48,803 nt of DNA, taken from Clostridia bacterium (GTDB taxonomy: Bacteria; Bacillota; Clostridia; Christensenellales; Aristaeellaceae). This document shows, piece by piece, positions 16,893-26,465 of the stretch. Position numbers and translations under genes: made by a program. Within the stretch, counting starts at the first letter, position 1. The number at the start of each line of letters is the position of its first letter. The notes under the pieces were generated by a model. The model made no database searches and was not told where the DNA came from. It saw nothing but the letters and a program-made list of their open reading frames with translations. Location: the NCBI GenBank assembly GCA_017540445.1, contig JAFYBB010000271.1, forward strand, positions 1-48,803, given 5' to 3'.

Positions 16893-18086
16893 TCACTCGC
16901 GGTTCATCAGGCGGAAGAAGGCCTCGACCTCGGCGGCGTGCTTCCCGCGGCAGATGATGTGGTGGTTGTTGATGGGCCTGGTGAGGAAATAGGAGAAGTC
17001 GTCCAGACGGACCTTGATCTGCGTTCTGCAGAGCATGTCGCTGAACGGCACGCCCTCGATGCGGCCCTCCTGGGCATGGAAGCGGGACAGGTCGCCCTCG
17101 CACTTGAATATCGTGCAGTCGCCCGCCTCGAACGTGCCCTGTACGGCCACGCCGATGCCCGATTCAAAGTGGGTGTTCAGGCAGTAATCCTTCAGCATGG
17201 TCGTGGGAATGGTGCAGTGGGCGAATATGGCGTAGCCTTCCTTCGTGTCGAAGCGGCTGGGATTGCACAAAAACAGCGGCTCGCCGGTGATGCTGCCCAG
17301 CACGGCCATCGAGAGCAGCGCGGGCATGTCGCCCTCGCAGCCGCCGTACACGCCCAGGTTGTTCAGTATCGACAGCCCCAGGCAGCCGGTGGTGTGCACG
17401 GTGTCGAGCAAATCAAAGCAGCGCACCGACAGGCCGCACAGGCCGTACCTGTCCACCAGGCGCTGGAACGCGCCGTAGACGTACAGCGCCTTCTCGATCT
17501 CCTGCCTGTCAAAGTCCTGCGCCAGAAAGCGCGCGGTGTATGCGTTGGGTTCGTAGCTTTGCACCGCGATCTCCCGTTGAAGCTCGTCCATCGAAATGTC
17601 GACAAAGCCCAGCTGCAGCTTTTCCATCCAGGCGTCGGGGGAGAAGGCGCTTGCGATCAGCCAGTCCGAAGGCGCGCCGATGCAGCCCAGCTTCTTGCCG
17701 CGCAGCGCGGCGAGCGCCCGGTGGGCCCGCTGAAGCGCGCGAATCTGGCCGGCCACCTCGTCGATGTCGCCGTGCAGTATCTCGCCGCTGCCGCCGTGCT
17801 TGCGCAGGTAGCTGAGGATCTCCATCGAAGCCGCCAGGCTGTTGGACTCGCCGCTGGTGAGGATGTAGCAGTGTCGCGCCCTCAGCTGCTCGAACACCTC
17901 CAGGAAATAGCCCTCGCTCCCGCCGGAGGCCACGTACAACAGCGCGAAGTCATCCGCCAAATACGTCTCGATCGGCACTTTGCACATCTCCTCGCCCAGC
18001 GCCTTGCTGAGCGCGCCGACGTAGCGGTTCATCCGCTCCTCGGTGATCTGGGACAAGGGGCTTCGTATCTGATAAAAATCAATCAT
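16893..18086 (-). CDS. Uncharacterised FucI/AraA-superfamily-like sugar isomerase homologue
   Basis: 397 aa. Its motifs GGCEGDMPALL, FAHCT and PINNHHIICRGKH resemble, from recall, the metal and catalytic motifs of L-arabinose/L-fucose isomerases (GAEGDW ... HH). RBS is GGGAGGGA. The family assignment is unverified. Confidence 0.5.
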   Translation of the reverse strand: MIDFYQIRSPLSQITEERMNRYVGALSKALGEEMCKVPIETYLADDFALLYVASGGSEGYFLEVFEQLRARHCYILTSGESNSLAASMEILSYLRKHGGSGEILHGDIDEVAGQIRALQRAHRALAALRGKKLGCIGAPSDWLIASAFSPDAWMEKLQLGFVDISMDELQREIAVQSYEPNAYTARFLAQDFDRQEIEKALYVYGAFQRLVDRYGLCGLSVRCFDLLDTVHTTGCLGLSILNNLGVYGGCEGDMPALLSMAVLGSITGEPLFLCNPSRFDTKEGYAIFAHCTIPTTMLKDYCLNTHFESGIGVAVQGTFEAGDCTIFKCEGDLSRFHAQEGRIEGVPFSDMLCRTQIKVRLDDFSYFLTRPINNHHIICRGKHAAEVEAFFRLMNRE

Positions 18087-18123
18087 AGGCTTCCCTCCCG
18101 CCTGTCATCGGTCATTTGAAAAC

Positions 18124-18152
18124 ATTTTAACACATATTCCGCCATTTTTCCA
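18124..18152 (-). promoter_or_regulatory. Candidate internal promoter downstream of the SBP terminator
   Basis: The minus strand reads TGGAAA-17 nt-(TGt)TAAAAT, about 40 nt upstream of the 16893-18086 gene. Confidence 0.45.
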
Positions 18153-18173
18153 CTGTTTTTTTGAAATGTACAC

Positions 18174-18204
18174 AAAAAAAGGAAGCCGCCCGAAGGCAGC
18201 TTCC
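18174..18204 (-). terminator. Rho-independent terminator/attenuator directly after the BMP binding-protein gene
   Basis: The minus strand reads GGAAGCTGCC-ttcg-GGCGGCTTCC followed by TTTTTTT. Confidence 0.75.
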
Positions 18205-18218
18205 TTTCACAGGGCGAA

Positions 18219-19220
18219 TCAGTCGTCCAGCGTGAACTCGGGCACGTCGGCCACGTCGGTGGGAACGGTCTTCTCACCGGCGATGATGGCGGCCTTCGCG
18301 GCCTCGACCTTCTCCAGCACGTCCGCGGGGATCTGGTCGCGGGTGGGCGCGATGTCGACGCCGCCGTTGGACAGGTCATACATGTGGATGCCGGGGGTGA
18401 AGGCGCCGTCCTTCACGGCCTTGGAGATATCCTGGGAAGCGGTATCCACGCGCTTCATGGCGGAGGTGATGATGCGATCGTTGCCCAGCACGACAGCCTG
18501 GTCGCTGTCGACGCCGATGCCCCAGATGCCTTCCTCGGCGCAGGCGTTCATCGCGCCGATGCCGGTGCCGCCCGCCGCGTGATAGATGACGTCGGCGCCC
18601 TTGGTGATCATGTCCTTGGCCGCGGTGGCGCCGCCGGCGATGTCGCCGAAGTTGTTGGCGTTATACTGCAGCACGGTGGCCTCGGGGCAGGTCTCCAGGA
18701 CGCCGCTGATGAAGCCGATGCCGAACAGGTTCATGGAATCGGAAACCATGCCCTGGATGTAGCCGACGGTCTTGGACTGGGTCACGGAACCGGCCACCAG
18801 GCCCACCAGGTAGGAGGCCTGCTCCTGAGCGAACATCAGGCAGGCCACGTTGGGCAGATCGATGGAAGCGTCGTCGATGATGGCGAACAGCTGATCGGGG
18901 TTGTCCTCGGCGGCTTCCCTGGTGGCGTCAGCCAGCATGTAGCCCACGCAGATGATCAGGTCATAGCCCTCGTCGATGAAGGTATTGATGTTGGTCTGGT
19001 AGTCAGCGTCGGTCTTGCTCTCCAGATAGTTGACCTCGAAGGAGGGGTCCTCTTCGGCCAGGGCCTTCAGGCCTTCCCAGGAAGTCTGGTTGAAGGAGTT
19101 GTCGTTGACGCCGCCGACGTCGGTGACCATGCCGATCTTGACGGTGCCCTCAGCCATGGCGGGGATCGCCATCATGAGCGCCAAGCACAGGATCAGAGCA
19201 ACAGAGATAATCTTTTTCAT
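18219..19220 (-). CDS. BMP-family (Med/PnrA/TmpC-like) ABC substrate-binding protein
   Basis: 333 aa. The pattern VKIGMVTDVGGVNDNSFNQTSWEGLK is characteristic of basic-membrane-protein nucleoside binders. The signal peptide ends AMA/EG and has no canonical lipobox. Confidence 0.85.
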   Translation of the reverse strand: MKKIISVALILCLALMMAIPAMAEGTVKIGMVTDVGGVNDNSFNQTSWEGLKALAEEDPSFEVNYLESKTDADYQTNINTFIDEGYDLIICVGYMLADATREAAEDNPDQLFAIIDDASIDLPNVACLMFAQEQASYLVGLVAGSVTQSKTVGYIQGMVSDSMNLFGIGFISGVLETCPEATVLQYNANNFGDIAGGATAAKDMITKGADVIYHAAGGTGIGAMNACAEEGIWGIGVDSDQAVVLGNDRIITSAMKRVDTASQDISKAVKDGAFTPGIHMYDLSNGGVDIAPTRDQIPADVLEKVEAAKAAIIAGEKTVPTDVADVPEFTLDD

Positions 19221-19274
19221 ACCGTGCCTCCAAATGAATTATTAACTGACATGCGGGCATGCCGGTCTTCATAT

Positions 19275-19304
19275 ATTATAGCATGACATGCCTTAACAAA
19301 TCAA
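19275..19304 (-). promoter_or_regulatory. Candidate sigma-A promoter for the BMP ABC operon
   Basis: The minus strand reads TTGATT-18 nt-TATAAT, about 55 nt upstream of the SBP start. Confidence 0.55.
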
Positions 19305-19356
19305 GATGTCACGGCGAGAAAAAGAAGGAAATTTGATGTTTTTTTGTCAGAATCAA

Positions 19357-19384
19357 TTGACATATCGCCGGAAGATGGTATAAT
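19357..19384 (+). promoter_or_regulatory. Candidate sigma-A promoter (extended -10) for the sugar ABC operon
   Basis: TTGACA-16 nt-(TGg)TATAAT, about 95 nt upstream of the SBP start. Confidence 0.6.
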
Positions 19385-19478
19385 CTTTTACAATAGCAAG
19401 TCCGTATGACCCCATGGAAGGTGCGCCTGCCGCCGTGGATCGCAGCGGTTATTGCTTAAATTGAGGAGGTTACAGAAC

Positions 19479-20597
19479 ATGAAGAAGATCTTAGCGTTGG
19501 TTCTGGCGCTGACCATGCTGCTGAGCGTGGCCCTGACCGCGTGCGCCGAGAACATCAAGATCGGCGTCTCCATCTGGAGCTCCACCGATACCCTGGGCAG
19601 CGAGTGCAAGCGCATCATCGACGCCGCGGCTGCGGCGCTGGGCGACGTTGACGTCCAGTATGTGGACCAGGCGCACGTCTCTCAGCAGGTTACAGACTCT
19701 GCCGAGACGCTGGCCATGGCCGATTGCGACGGCATGATCATCTGCAACTCCGCTTCCGCCGAGATGGCTTCCGTCATCAAGACCTGCGACGAGAACGAGA
19801 TGTATGTGGCTCAGTTCTTCCGCGTGATCGATCCCGAAGCCAACCCCGACGAGTACGCTCAGGCCTGCGCCTCCAAGTACTATGTGGGCGCGGTGCACGA
19901 GTCCGAGTTCGACAACGGCAAGACCCTCGTGACCATCCTGGGCGAGAAGGGCTGCCGCAAGATCGGCCTTGAGGGCTGGGAGCCCGGCGACGCCACCTTC
20001 CTGGGCCGCTGGGAAGGCTACAAGGCGGGCGTTGAAGAGTGGAACGCCGCTCACGCCGACGACCAGATGGAGATGCTCGAGCCCCAGTACGGCCGCACCA
20101 CCACCGACACCGGCCGTCAGGCCGCCGAGGCCATCATCGACGCCAACCCCGACATCGACGCGCTGATCGTCGCCGGCGGCGGCGGTGACACCCTGCTGGG
20201 CGCCCTGGCCGGCATCGACTTCAAGGGCCTGACCGGCAAGATCGCCGTGGTCTCCACCGACTTCCTGCCCGACCTGGACGCCAAGCTGGAGTCCGGCGCG
20301 ATGGCCGCGGAGTCCGGCGGACACTACGCCGACCCGTTCTTCGCCTTCCTGATGGTCTACAACGCCATCAAGGGCAACTACGAGACCAGCACCGACAGCT
20401 TCTATGACATGGTGTTCCCGTACATGTTCGTCGACTCTCCCGAGTCCTACGCGAACTACGCCGAGTACTTCACCGGCGAGGAGCTGCCGTACTACGCGGA
20501 CGAGATCGTCGAGCTGGCCGGCCTTTCCTATGACGACCTGGCCGCGGCCTGCGCGAAGCTGTCCGTTGAGGACGTCGTGGCGCGTCACGCCAAGTAA
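19479..20597 (+). CDS. Sugar ABC transporter substrate-binding lipoprotein (PBP1 / RbsB-like, CUT2)
   Basis: The start was moved to MKKILALV, with AGGAGG upstream. The lipobox is LTAC. The NIKIGVSIWS...DGMIICN pattern is typical of periplasmic sugar binders. Confidence 0.8.
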   Translation: MKKILALVLALTMLLSVALTACAENIKIGVSIWSSTDTLGSECKRIIDAAAAALGDVDVQYVDQAHVSQQVTDSAETLAMADCDGMIICNSASAEMASVIKTCDENEMYVAQFFRVIDPEANPDEYAQACASKYYVGAVHESEFDNGKTLVTILGEKGCRKIGLEGWEPGDATFLGRWEGYKAGVEEWNAAHADDQMEMLEPQYGRTTTDTGRQAAEAIIDANPDIDALIVAGGGGDTLLGALAGIDFKGLTGKIAVVSTDFLPDLDAKLESGAMAAESGGHYADPFFAFLMVYNAIKGNYETSTDSFYDMVFPYMFVDSPESYANYAEYFTGEELPYYADEIVELAGLSYDDLAAACAKLSVEDVVARHAK

Positions 20598-20734
20598 TCC
20601 GAAAGAACCCATATTGGAAAGCGGGCAGCCGTCAGGCGCGGCGGAGCCCGCTTTTCCAAGTCAAAGGGTCCATACCCAGAGACCATCAAGGCGCACCGCT
20701 GCGGCGGCGGCCGGAAAGAATAGGAAGCGAAGCC

Positions 20735-21685
20735 ATGTCCAAACAACTGGAAAAGCTGAAGCGCAGTAGATACTACGGACACGTCCTCCTGCTGGCGATG
20801 CTCATTGTGGTCTACGGCTTTTTCAAGATACTGACGCCGCACAATTTCGGCAATCTGAACAACCTTTCGTCCTATCTGCAATCCTCGATCATCTATTCCG
20901 TCGGCGGCTGCGGGCTGTATTTCATCGTCGTGATGGGCCTGTTCGACTTCGCCGTCGGCTCCAACGTGGTGCTCTCCAGCATCGTGGGCGTCATGCTCTC
21001 CCAGAAATTCGGCTATATCGGGTTCATACTGGGCACGCTGGGCTGCGGCACGCTCCTGGGCCTTCTGATCGGCACGCTGTACAACCAGCTGAACGTGCCC
21101 TCGATGATCGTCACCGTGGGCGTGATGCTGGTGTTTGAGAGCGTTGCCGTGTTCGTGGCGGGCGGCGACAAGCAGACGCTGGACCCGGCCTACCGCTTCT
21201 TCAGCGGCGCGCCCGGCAACTTCATACTGGCAGGCCTGGCGTTTCTGCTGATGTACTTCATACTGAACTACACCAAGATCGGCACCTACTGCGCCGCCAT
21301 CGGCAGCAACGAGTTCACCGCGAAGAACATGGGCATCAACGTGAAGAAGTACAAGCTGATCGGCTTCATGCTGCTGCACTTCTTCGTGGGCGTCATGGCG
21401 ATACTGTCCGTTTCCTACGGCACCACGATGACCGCGCTGACCGGCATGAGCACCATGAGCCGCAACTTCCAGCCGCTGATGGGCACCTTCTTCGGCGTCG
21501 CCTTCCGCAAGTACGGCGTGCCGATCACCGCCATCGTGGTGGGCGAGTTCATCATCTCGATGATCTTCAGCGGCTTCGTGGCCCTGGGCGCGCCGACCAC
21601 CATCCAGAACGTGGTCACCGGCGCGGCGCTTCTGATCATCGTGACGCTGACGGCCCGCGGCGGCAAGGGCAGCGTCGTTAAGTAA
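20735..21685 (+). CDS. Sugar ABC transporter permease (RbsC/AraH family)
   Basis: 316 aa polytopic protein of BPD_transp_2 type, in operon context. Confidence 0.85.
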   Translation: MSKQLEKLKRSRYYGHVLLLAMLIVVYGFFKILTPHNFGNLNNLSSYLQSSIIYSVGGCGLYFIVVMGLFDFAVGSNVVLSSIVGVMLSQKFGYIGFILGTLGCGTLLGLLIGTLYNQLNVPSMIVTVGVMLVFESVAVFVAGGDKQTLDPAYRFFSGAPGNFILAGLAFLLMYFILNYTKIGTYCAAIGSNEFTAKNMGINVKKYKLIGFMLLHFFVGVMAILSVSYGTTMTALTGMSTMSRNFQPLMGTFFGVAFRKYGVPITAIVVGEFIISMIFSGFVALGAPTTIQNVVTGAALLIIVTLTARGGKGSVVK

Positions 21686-21697
21686 GGGGGCGGGCAC

Positions 21698-23197
21698 ATG
21701 GATAAAAAGACATTGCTCGTCGCGGAGCACATCGACAAGCGCTTCGGTTCGACCCACGCCGTCAACGACGTCTCCCTGAACATCGCCGCCGGCGAGGTCC
21801 GCGCCCTGATCGGCGAGAACGGCTCCGGCAAGAGCACCTTCTGCCAGATGCTGTGCGGCATCTACACCATCGGCAGCGGCAAGTTCACCCTCGACGGGCA
21901 GGAGCTGCACATCAAAAACCAGGTGGAGGCCAACGACGCCGGCATCTCCATCATCGTACAGGAGATGGGCACGCTGTCGGGACTGACGGTGGCGGAGAAC
22001 ATCTACCTGGGCCACGAGGAGCCCTTCGTGCACATGGGCGTCAAGGACACCCGCACCATGAACCGCGAGGCCCAGAAGCTGCTGGACGATTACGGCTTTG
22101 GCCGCATCAAGGCCGGCGCCATGATCGACCGCTACAACTTTGAGGACCGCAAGCTGGTTGAGATCGTCAAGGCCACCTACATGAAGCCCAAGATACTGGT
22201 CATCGACGAGACGACCACGGCCCTCTCCCAGAACGGCCGCCTGGAGCTGTACAAGATCATGGACGCCGTCCGCGCGGACGGCCGGTCGGTGATCTTCATC
22301 AGCCACGACCTGGGCGAGGTCCTGACCCATTCGGACACCGTCTCCATACTGCGCGACGGCGAGTACATCGACACCGTCAGCGCGGCCGACGTCACCGAGG
22401 ACGACCTGAAGCGCCTGATGGTGGGCCGCGAGATCGGCTCCGCCTACTACCGCACCGACTACGGCACGCCGATTTCCGGCGAGGTGGTGCTGAAGGTCAG
22501 CAGCGTGAGCGTGCCGGGCGAGATCGAGGATGTGAGCTTTGAGCTGCACCGGGGCGAGATACTGGGCTTCGGCGGCCTGTCCGAGTGCGGCATGCACGAG
22601 GTCGGGAAGGCCATATTCGGGGCCAGCTGGGACCGCACGGGCAGCGTCACGCTGGCCGACGGCACCGCCATCAACGACATCCCCACGGCCATCAAGCACT
22701 CCATCGCCTATACCTCGAAGGACAGGGACAACGAGTCCATCATCATCAACGAATCCATCCGCAACAACGTGGTGCTGCCGTCCATCGACGATCTGGCCAA
22801 CCACGGCCTTCTGAACGGGCGCAAGCTGACGCGCTTCGCCAGGGAACACGCCGATCAGATGCAGACGAAGATGCAGGGCGTACACCAGTTCGTGTCCGAC
22901 CTGTCCGGCGGCAACAAGCAAAAGGTGGTGCTGGCCCGGTGGCTGGGCAAGAACAGCGACATACTGGTGCTGGATTCGCCCACCCGCGGCATCGACGTGA
23001 AGGTCAAGCAGGCGATCTACGCGCTGATGGCCGACATGCAGAAGCAGGGCAGGAGCATCATCATGATCTCCGAGGAGATCCCGGAGCTGCTGGGCATGGC
23101 CGACCGGATCCTCGTCATGAAGGACGGCCGGGTCAACGGCGAGTTCCTGCGCGACCCCGCCCTCAGCGAAGAAGACCTGATCGCGAAAATGGTGTAA
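21698..23197 (+). CDS. Sugar ABC transporter ATP-binding protein, tandem ABC domains (RbsA-like)
   Basis: GENGSGKST, LVIDETT, LSGGNKQKV and LVLDSPTRGID motifs are present. Confidence 0.9.
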   Translation: MDKKTLLVAEHIDKRFGSTHAVNDVSLNIAAGEVRALIGENGSGKSTFCQMLCGIYTIGSGKFTLDGQELHIKNQVEANDAGISIIVQEMGTLSGLTVAENIYLGHEEPFVHMGVKDTRTMNREAQKLLDDYGFGRIKAGAMIDRYNFEDRKLVEIVKATYMKPKILVIDETTTALSQNGRLELYKIMDAVRADGRSVIFISHDLGEVLTHSDTVSILRDGEYIDTVSAADVTEDDLKRLMVGREIGSAYYRTDYGTPISGEVVLKVSSVSVPGEIEDVSFELHRGEILGFGGLSECGMHEVGKAIFGASWDRTGSVTLADGTAINDIPTAIKHSIAYTSKDRDNESIIINESIRNNVVLPSIDDLANHGLLNGRKLTRFAREHADQMQTKMQGVHQFVSDLSGGNKQKVVLARWLGKNSDILVLDSPTRGIDVKVKQAIYALMADMQKQGRSIIMISEEIPELLGMADRILVMKDGRVNGEFLRDPALSEEDLIAKMV

Positions 23198-23210
23198 GGA
23201 GGCGGAGAAC

Positions 23211-24179
23211 ATGGAAAAGAACAATCGAGAAAACCAACAGTCCAGGCTCCGCGCCTTCCTGGACGGAGATACCTTCAAGGCCCTGCTGCCGCTGATCGGC
23301 TTTGTCGTGATCATCGTGGTGCTGAACATCATGACCAACGGCAAGATACTGACGCCGAAGAAGCTGCGCCTGCTGCTGTCATCGATCTACGCGCCCACCA
23401 TCGTGGCGACCGGCGTGTTCTTCGTGATGACGCTGGGCTCCATCGACTTTACCGAGGGCTCCACGCTGGGCGTGGCGTCGCTGGTGGTCAGCGTACTGTC
23501 CTTCTACAACATACCGCTGGCCATACTCGGGGGCATACTCTGCGGCGCGACCATCGGCGCCATCAACGGCTTCTTCCACGTGAAGTTCAAGCTGCAATCC
23601 TTCATCGTCACCATCTGCACGATGTACCTGTTCCGGGGCGTTTGCGCCTACTTCACCACCGAGACCGCCGTGCCCGCCAGCACGGACATCCGGGCGCTGG
23701 ACATCAACGAGCTTAAGATCGGCGTCACCGTGGCGGTGCTGCTCATCGCCTGGTTCCTGTTCCGGTTCACCCGGATCGGCAACGACGTGAAGGCCGTGGG
23801 CTCCGGCGAGACGGCGGCGCGCTTCTCCGGCGTGCACACCGACCGCGTGAAGTTCCTGGCGTTCGTCTGCGCCGGCGCGCTGACCGGCCTTGCCGCGTTC
23901 GTCAACGTCATCAAGGTCGGCTCCATCACCGCCACCGCGGGCAGCCAGCTGGAGACCCAGATCCTGATCTCCCTGGTGCTGGGCGGCCTGCCCATCACCG
24001 GCGGCGCGAAGGTGCGCTTCTCCAACATCGTGGTCGGCACGCTGATGTACGCCGTGCTCAACAGCGGCCTGGCGATACTGGGCTACGACCCGCAGACCCA
24101 GCAGCTGATCAAGGGCGTGATCTTCCTGATCTTCGTGGCCCTGACGATCGACCGCAAGGCGCTGAAGGTAATCAAGTAA
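23211..24179 (+). CDS. Sugar ABC transporter permease (RbsC/AraH family), second copy
   Basis: 322 aa polytopic protein. RBS is AAGGAGG. Confidence 0.85.
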   Translation: MEKNNRENQQSRLRAFLDGDTFKALLPLIGFVVIIVVLNIMTNGKILTPKKLRLLLSSIYAPTIVATGVFFVMTLGSIDFTEGSTLGVASLVVSVLSFYNIPLAILGGILCGATIGAINGFFHVKFKLQSFIVTICTMYLFRGVCAYFTTETAVPASTDIRALDINELKIGVTVAVLLIAWFLFRFTRIGNDVKAVGSGETAARFSGVHTDRVKFLAFVCAGALTGLAAFVNVIKVGSITATAGSQLETQILISLVLGGLPITGGAKVRFSNIVVGTLMYAVLNSGLAILGYDPQTQQLIKGVIFLIFVALTIDRKALKVIK

Positions 24180-24193
24180 TCCCGCATCGTACA

Positions 24194-24235
24194 ATTCACC
24201 CCCGTCCGTTCGCCTGCGAAAGGACGGGGGTGAAT
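24194..24235. terminator. Bidirectional hairpin between the convergent sugar ABC operon and sigE
   Basis: ATTCACCCCCGTCC-14 nt-GGACGGGGGTGAAT followed by TTT. Confidence 0.7.
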
Positions 24236-24239
24236 TTCG

Positions 24240-24947
24240 TTACGCCAGCTTCTGCATCTCCTCGCGCAGCTTGCCGATGATGCGCTTCTCCAGGCGCGAT
24301 ATGTAGCTCTGGGAGATGCCCATCATGTCGGCCACCTCCTTCTGGGTGTGCTCCTTGTCCGCGCCCAGGCCGTAGCGCAGGCCCACGATGTACTTCTCCC
24401 GGGCGTTCAGCTTGTCGATGGCGCTGTGCAGCATCTGCTTTTCGATGTCGGCGTCCAGGTCCTTGCTGACCAGGTCCGGCTCCGTGCCCAGTATGTCCGA
24501 CAGCAGCAGCTCGTTGCCGTCCCAGTCGGTGTTCAGCGGCTCGTCGAAGGAGACCTCCAGCTTCAGCCGGTTGCTCTTGCGCAGCACCATCAGTATCTCG
24601 TTCTCGATGCAGCGGGAGGCGTAGGTGGCCAGCTTGATGTTCTTGTCCGGGTCGAAGGAGTTCACGGCCTTGATCAGCCCGATGGCCCCGATGGAGATCA
24701 GGTCCTCGATGCTGATGCCGGTGTTTTCAAACTTCCTCGATATGTACACGACCAGGCGGAGGTTGCGCTCGATCAGCGTGGACCTGGCGGCGTTGTCCCC
24801 GGCGTTGGCACGGCGCATCAGCGCGACCTCCTCCTCCCGTGACAGCGGTGGCGGAAGCAGGTCACTGCCGCCGATGTAGCACACGGAGCCGCGTCGGATC
24901 TGTACGATGAGGCCGAATATGGATTGACGGATGGATTTCACAGCCAT
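24240..24947 (-). CDS. sigE: Sporulation sigma factor SigE (pro-sigma-E)
   Basis: [49 protein letters not shown] and [15 protein letters not shown] are near-identical in pattern to B. subtilis SigE. It lies directly downstream of spoIIGA. Confidence 0.95.
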   Translation of the reverse strand: MAVKSIRQSIFGLIVQIRRGSVCYIGGSDLLPPPLSREEEVALMRRANAGDNAARSTLIERNLRLVVYISRKFENTGISIEDLISIGAIGLIKAVNSFDPDKNIKLATYASRCIENEILMVLRKSNRLKLEVSFDEPLNTDWDGNELLLSDILGTEPDLVSKDLDADIEKQMLHSAIDKLNAREKYIVGLRYGLGADKEHTQKEVADMMGISQSYISRLEKRIIGKLREEMQKLA

Positions 24948-24984
24948 GGGGATTCCCTCCTGTTCGTAGGATATTGCAAGCGCG

Positions 24985-25725
24985 TCAAATGTAGAGCGCG
25001 TAGACGGACGGGGCCAATGCCCTGAACACGCCGGGCAGGGGGCCGGGCGACACGCCCACCCAGGCGTCCGGCGCCCGCCGCATGCGCGCGCCGCGCCCGA
25101 TCCAAACCGACGTCGGTCTGAAACATGCCATCACGCCATCGCCGCCCACCGCGCCGTAGCGCAGCTCGCGAAAGCCGGCGTCCGGGAGCGCGCCCTTCAG
25201 AAGGCCGGCCTCCGCGATCAGCACCGGAAGCCCGGAGACGGGCTCGCGCAGCCGGTTGCCCGTATCCACCAGCGCGGTAAAGCACACGGCCCTGCGCTCC
25301 ACGATGAGGCGAACCAGTATCCGGTAGCGCCGCGTTCCCGGCGGCTGGGCGATGAACAGCCCGCAGACAGTAAGGCCGCCCGCCGCCGTTCCCAGCAGCG
25401 CCGCCGGCGCGCCGCTCAGGCGCGTTGCCGCGGCGACGCCGCTGCCGATCAGCGCTCCCGCGCACAGCGACAGCGCCGCTTCTCCCCGCAGCCGGCCGGC
25501 GGAGCGGCCCGAGAGGATGAATGTGGTCAGGGCGAGCATGGCCAGCTGTACGGGCAAAGCCGACCAGGGGCGGGGCCTTGCCGCGCAGACCACCGCGTAC
25601 AGCGCGCACAGCCAGGCGGAAGCGATCACCCGCCTCCAGCTGAACAGGCCGAGGGCGCGGCTGACGGCGCCGAGCAGTATGAGATCCGCCAGAAGGTTCA
25701 CCGCAACATAGCTCTCCAGGCACAC
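24985..25725 (-). CDS. spoIIGA: Sigma-E processing aspartic peptidase SpoIIGA
   Basis: The N-terminal half is multi-TM and the DTGN active-site motif is present ([12 protein letters not shown]). A GTG start lies 7 nt after GAGGTG. Confidence 0.85.
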   Translation of the reverse strand: MCLESYVAVNLLADLILLGAVSRALGLFSWRRVIASAWLCALYAVVCAARPRPWSALPVQLAMLALTTFILSGRSAGRLRGEAALSLCAGALIGSGVAAATRLSGAPAALLGTAAGGLTVCGLFIAQPPGTRRYRILVRLIVERRAVCFTALVDTGNRLREPVSGLPVLIAEAGLLKGALPDAGFRELRYGAVGGDGVMACFRPTSVWIGRGARMRRAPDAWVGVSPGPLPGVFRALAPSVYALYI

Positions 25726-26098
25726 CGCTCATCACCTCGCCATGACATCATAGCCAAAAGGGGGCGGCAATCTCAAGAATTTCCTGTCGACGATCATGGG
25801 TAAAATATCGACCGGAAGCACCGTAAAACCGCGCCCAATGGCGCTGTATTCGACACGATGCGCCCAGGCGTACCCCGGCAGGCGCCAAAATAACGCGCGG
25901 CGGGCGCGGGGGCGGGGACCGGCAGGCGCTCTGCCAGAGGGCCTCCGGCGCCGCCCGCGACAAATTGTCGAAACAGATCAGGATTGTCGATGCATTGTGA
26001 CAGAATATGCCTTTCGGGGCTGAAAAACCGATGCCGCGGCTTCACAATGTCGAACGCGGGGGCGGCGCGTTTCATAGGATGAATCGGGAGGCGGTAGC

Positions 26099-26356
26099 AT
26101 GAGCTTTTCGGAAATCAGGCGCAAGGACGTTGTGAACATCTGCGACGGTCGCAAGCTGGGCAAGCCCATCGACCTGATCCTGAACGACTCGGCCTGCGTG
26201 CAGGCCCTCGTGGTGCCCAGCGGCGCGGGCGGCCTGTTCGGCTTCATCAAGCAGGACCGGGAGGGCTGCGTCATCGACTGGAGCCGGGTCCGGCGCATCG
26301 GCGACGACGTGATACTGGTCGAGGTGGACGGGGACAGCGCCCGCGCGCTGGACTGA
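26099..26356 (+). CDS. ylmC: YlmC/YmxH-family sporulation protein (PRC-barrel)
   Basis: 85 aa. The sequence EIRRKDVVNICDGRKLGKPIDLILN...IDWSRVRRIGDDVILV is the typical family pattern. Confidence 0.8.
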   Translation: MSFSEIRRKDVVNICDGRKLGKPIDLILNDSACVQALVVPSGAGGLFGFIKQDREGCVIDWSRVRRIGDDVILVEVDGDSARALD

Positions 26357-26465
26357 CAAATGCCGGAAAAACCTGAAATATGGGCCTGTCTGATCAATTT
26401 AATTGTAAAAGGGGCTGGACTTTACTTAACTTTTTGTGTATAATGGATTTAACGAGGTGACCAGC

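Noticed and set aside
20585-23344. 919-aa ORF on the minus strand spanning the sugar ABC permease and ATPase genes
   Set aside because: It is antisense to three genes with clear ABC motifs. The translation is low-complexity (A/G/V/H/D/R-rich) with no recognisable domain or RBS. This is a typical high-GC shadow ORF.
25726-26098. ORFs of 71-93 aa in the spoIIGA/ylmC intergenic region and a 30-codon Cys-containing ORF starting near 25990
   Set aside because: Their translations are Arg/Pro/Ala-rich with no RBS. The region is better explained as a divergent regulatory region.
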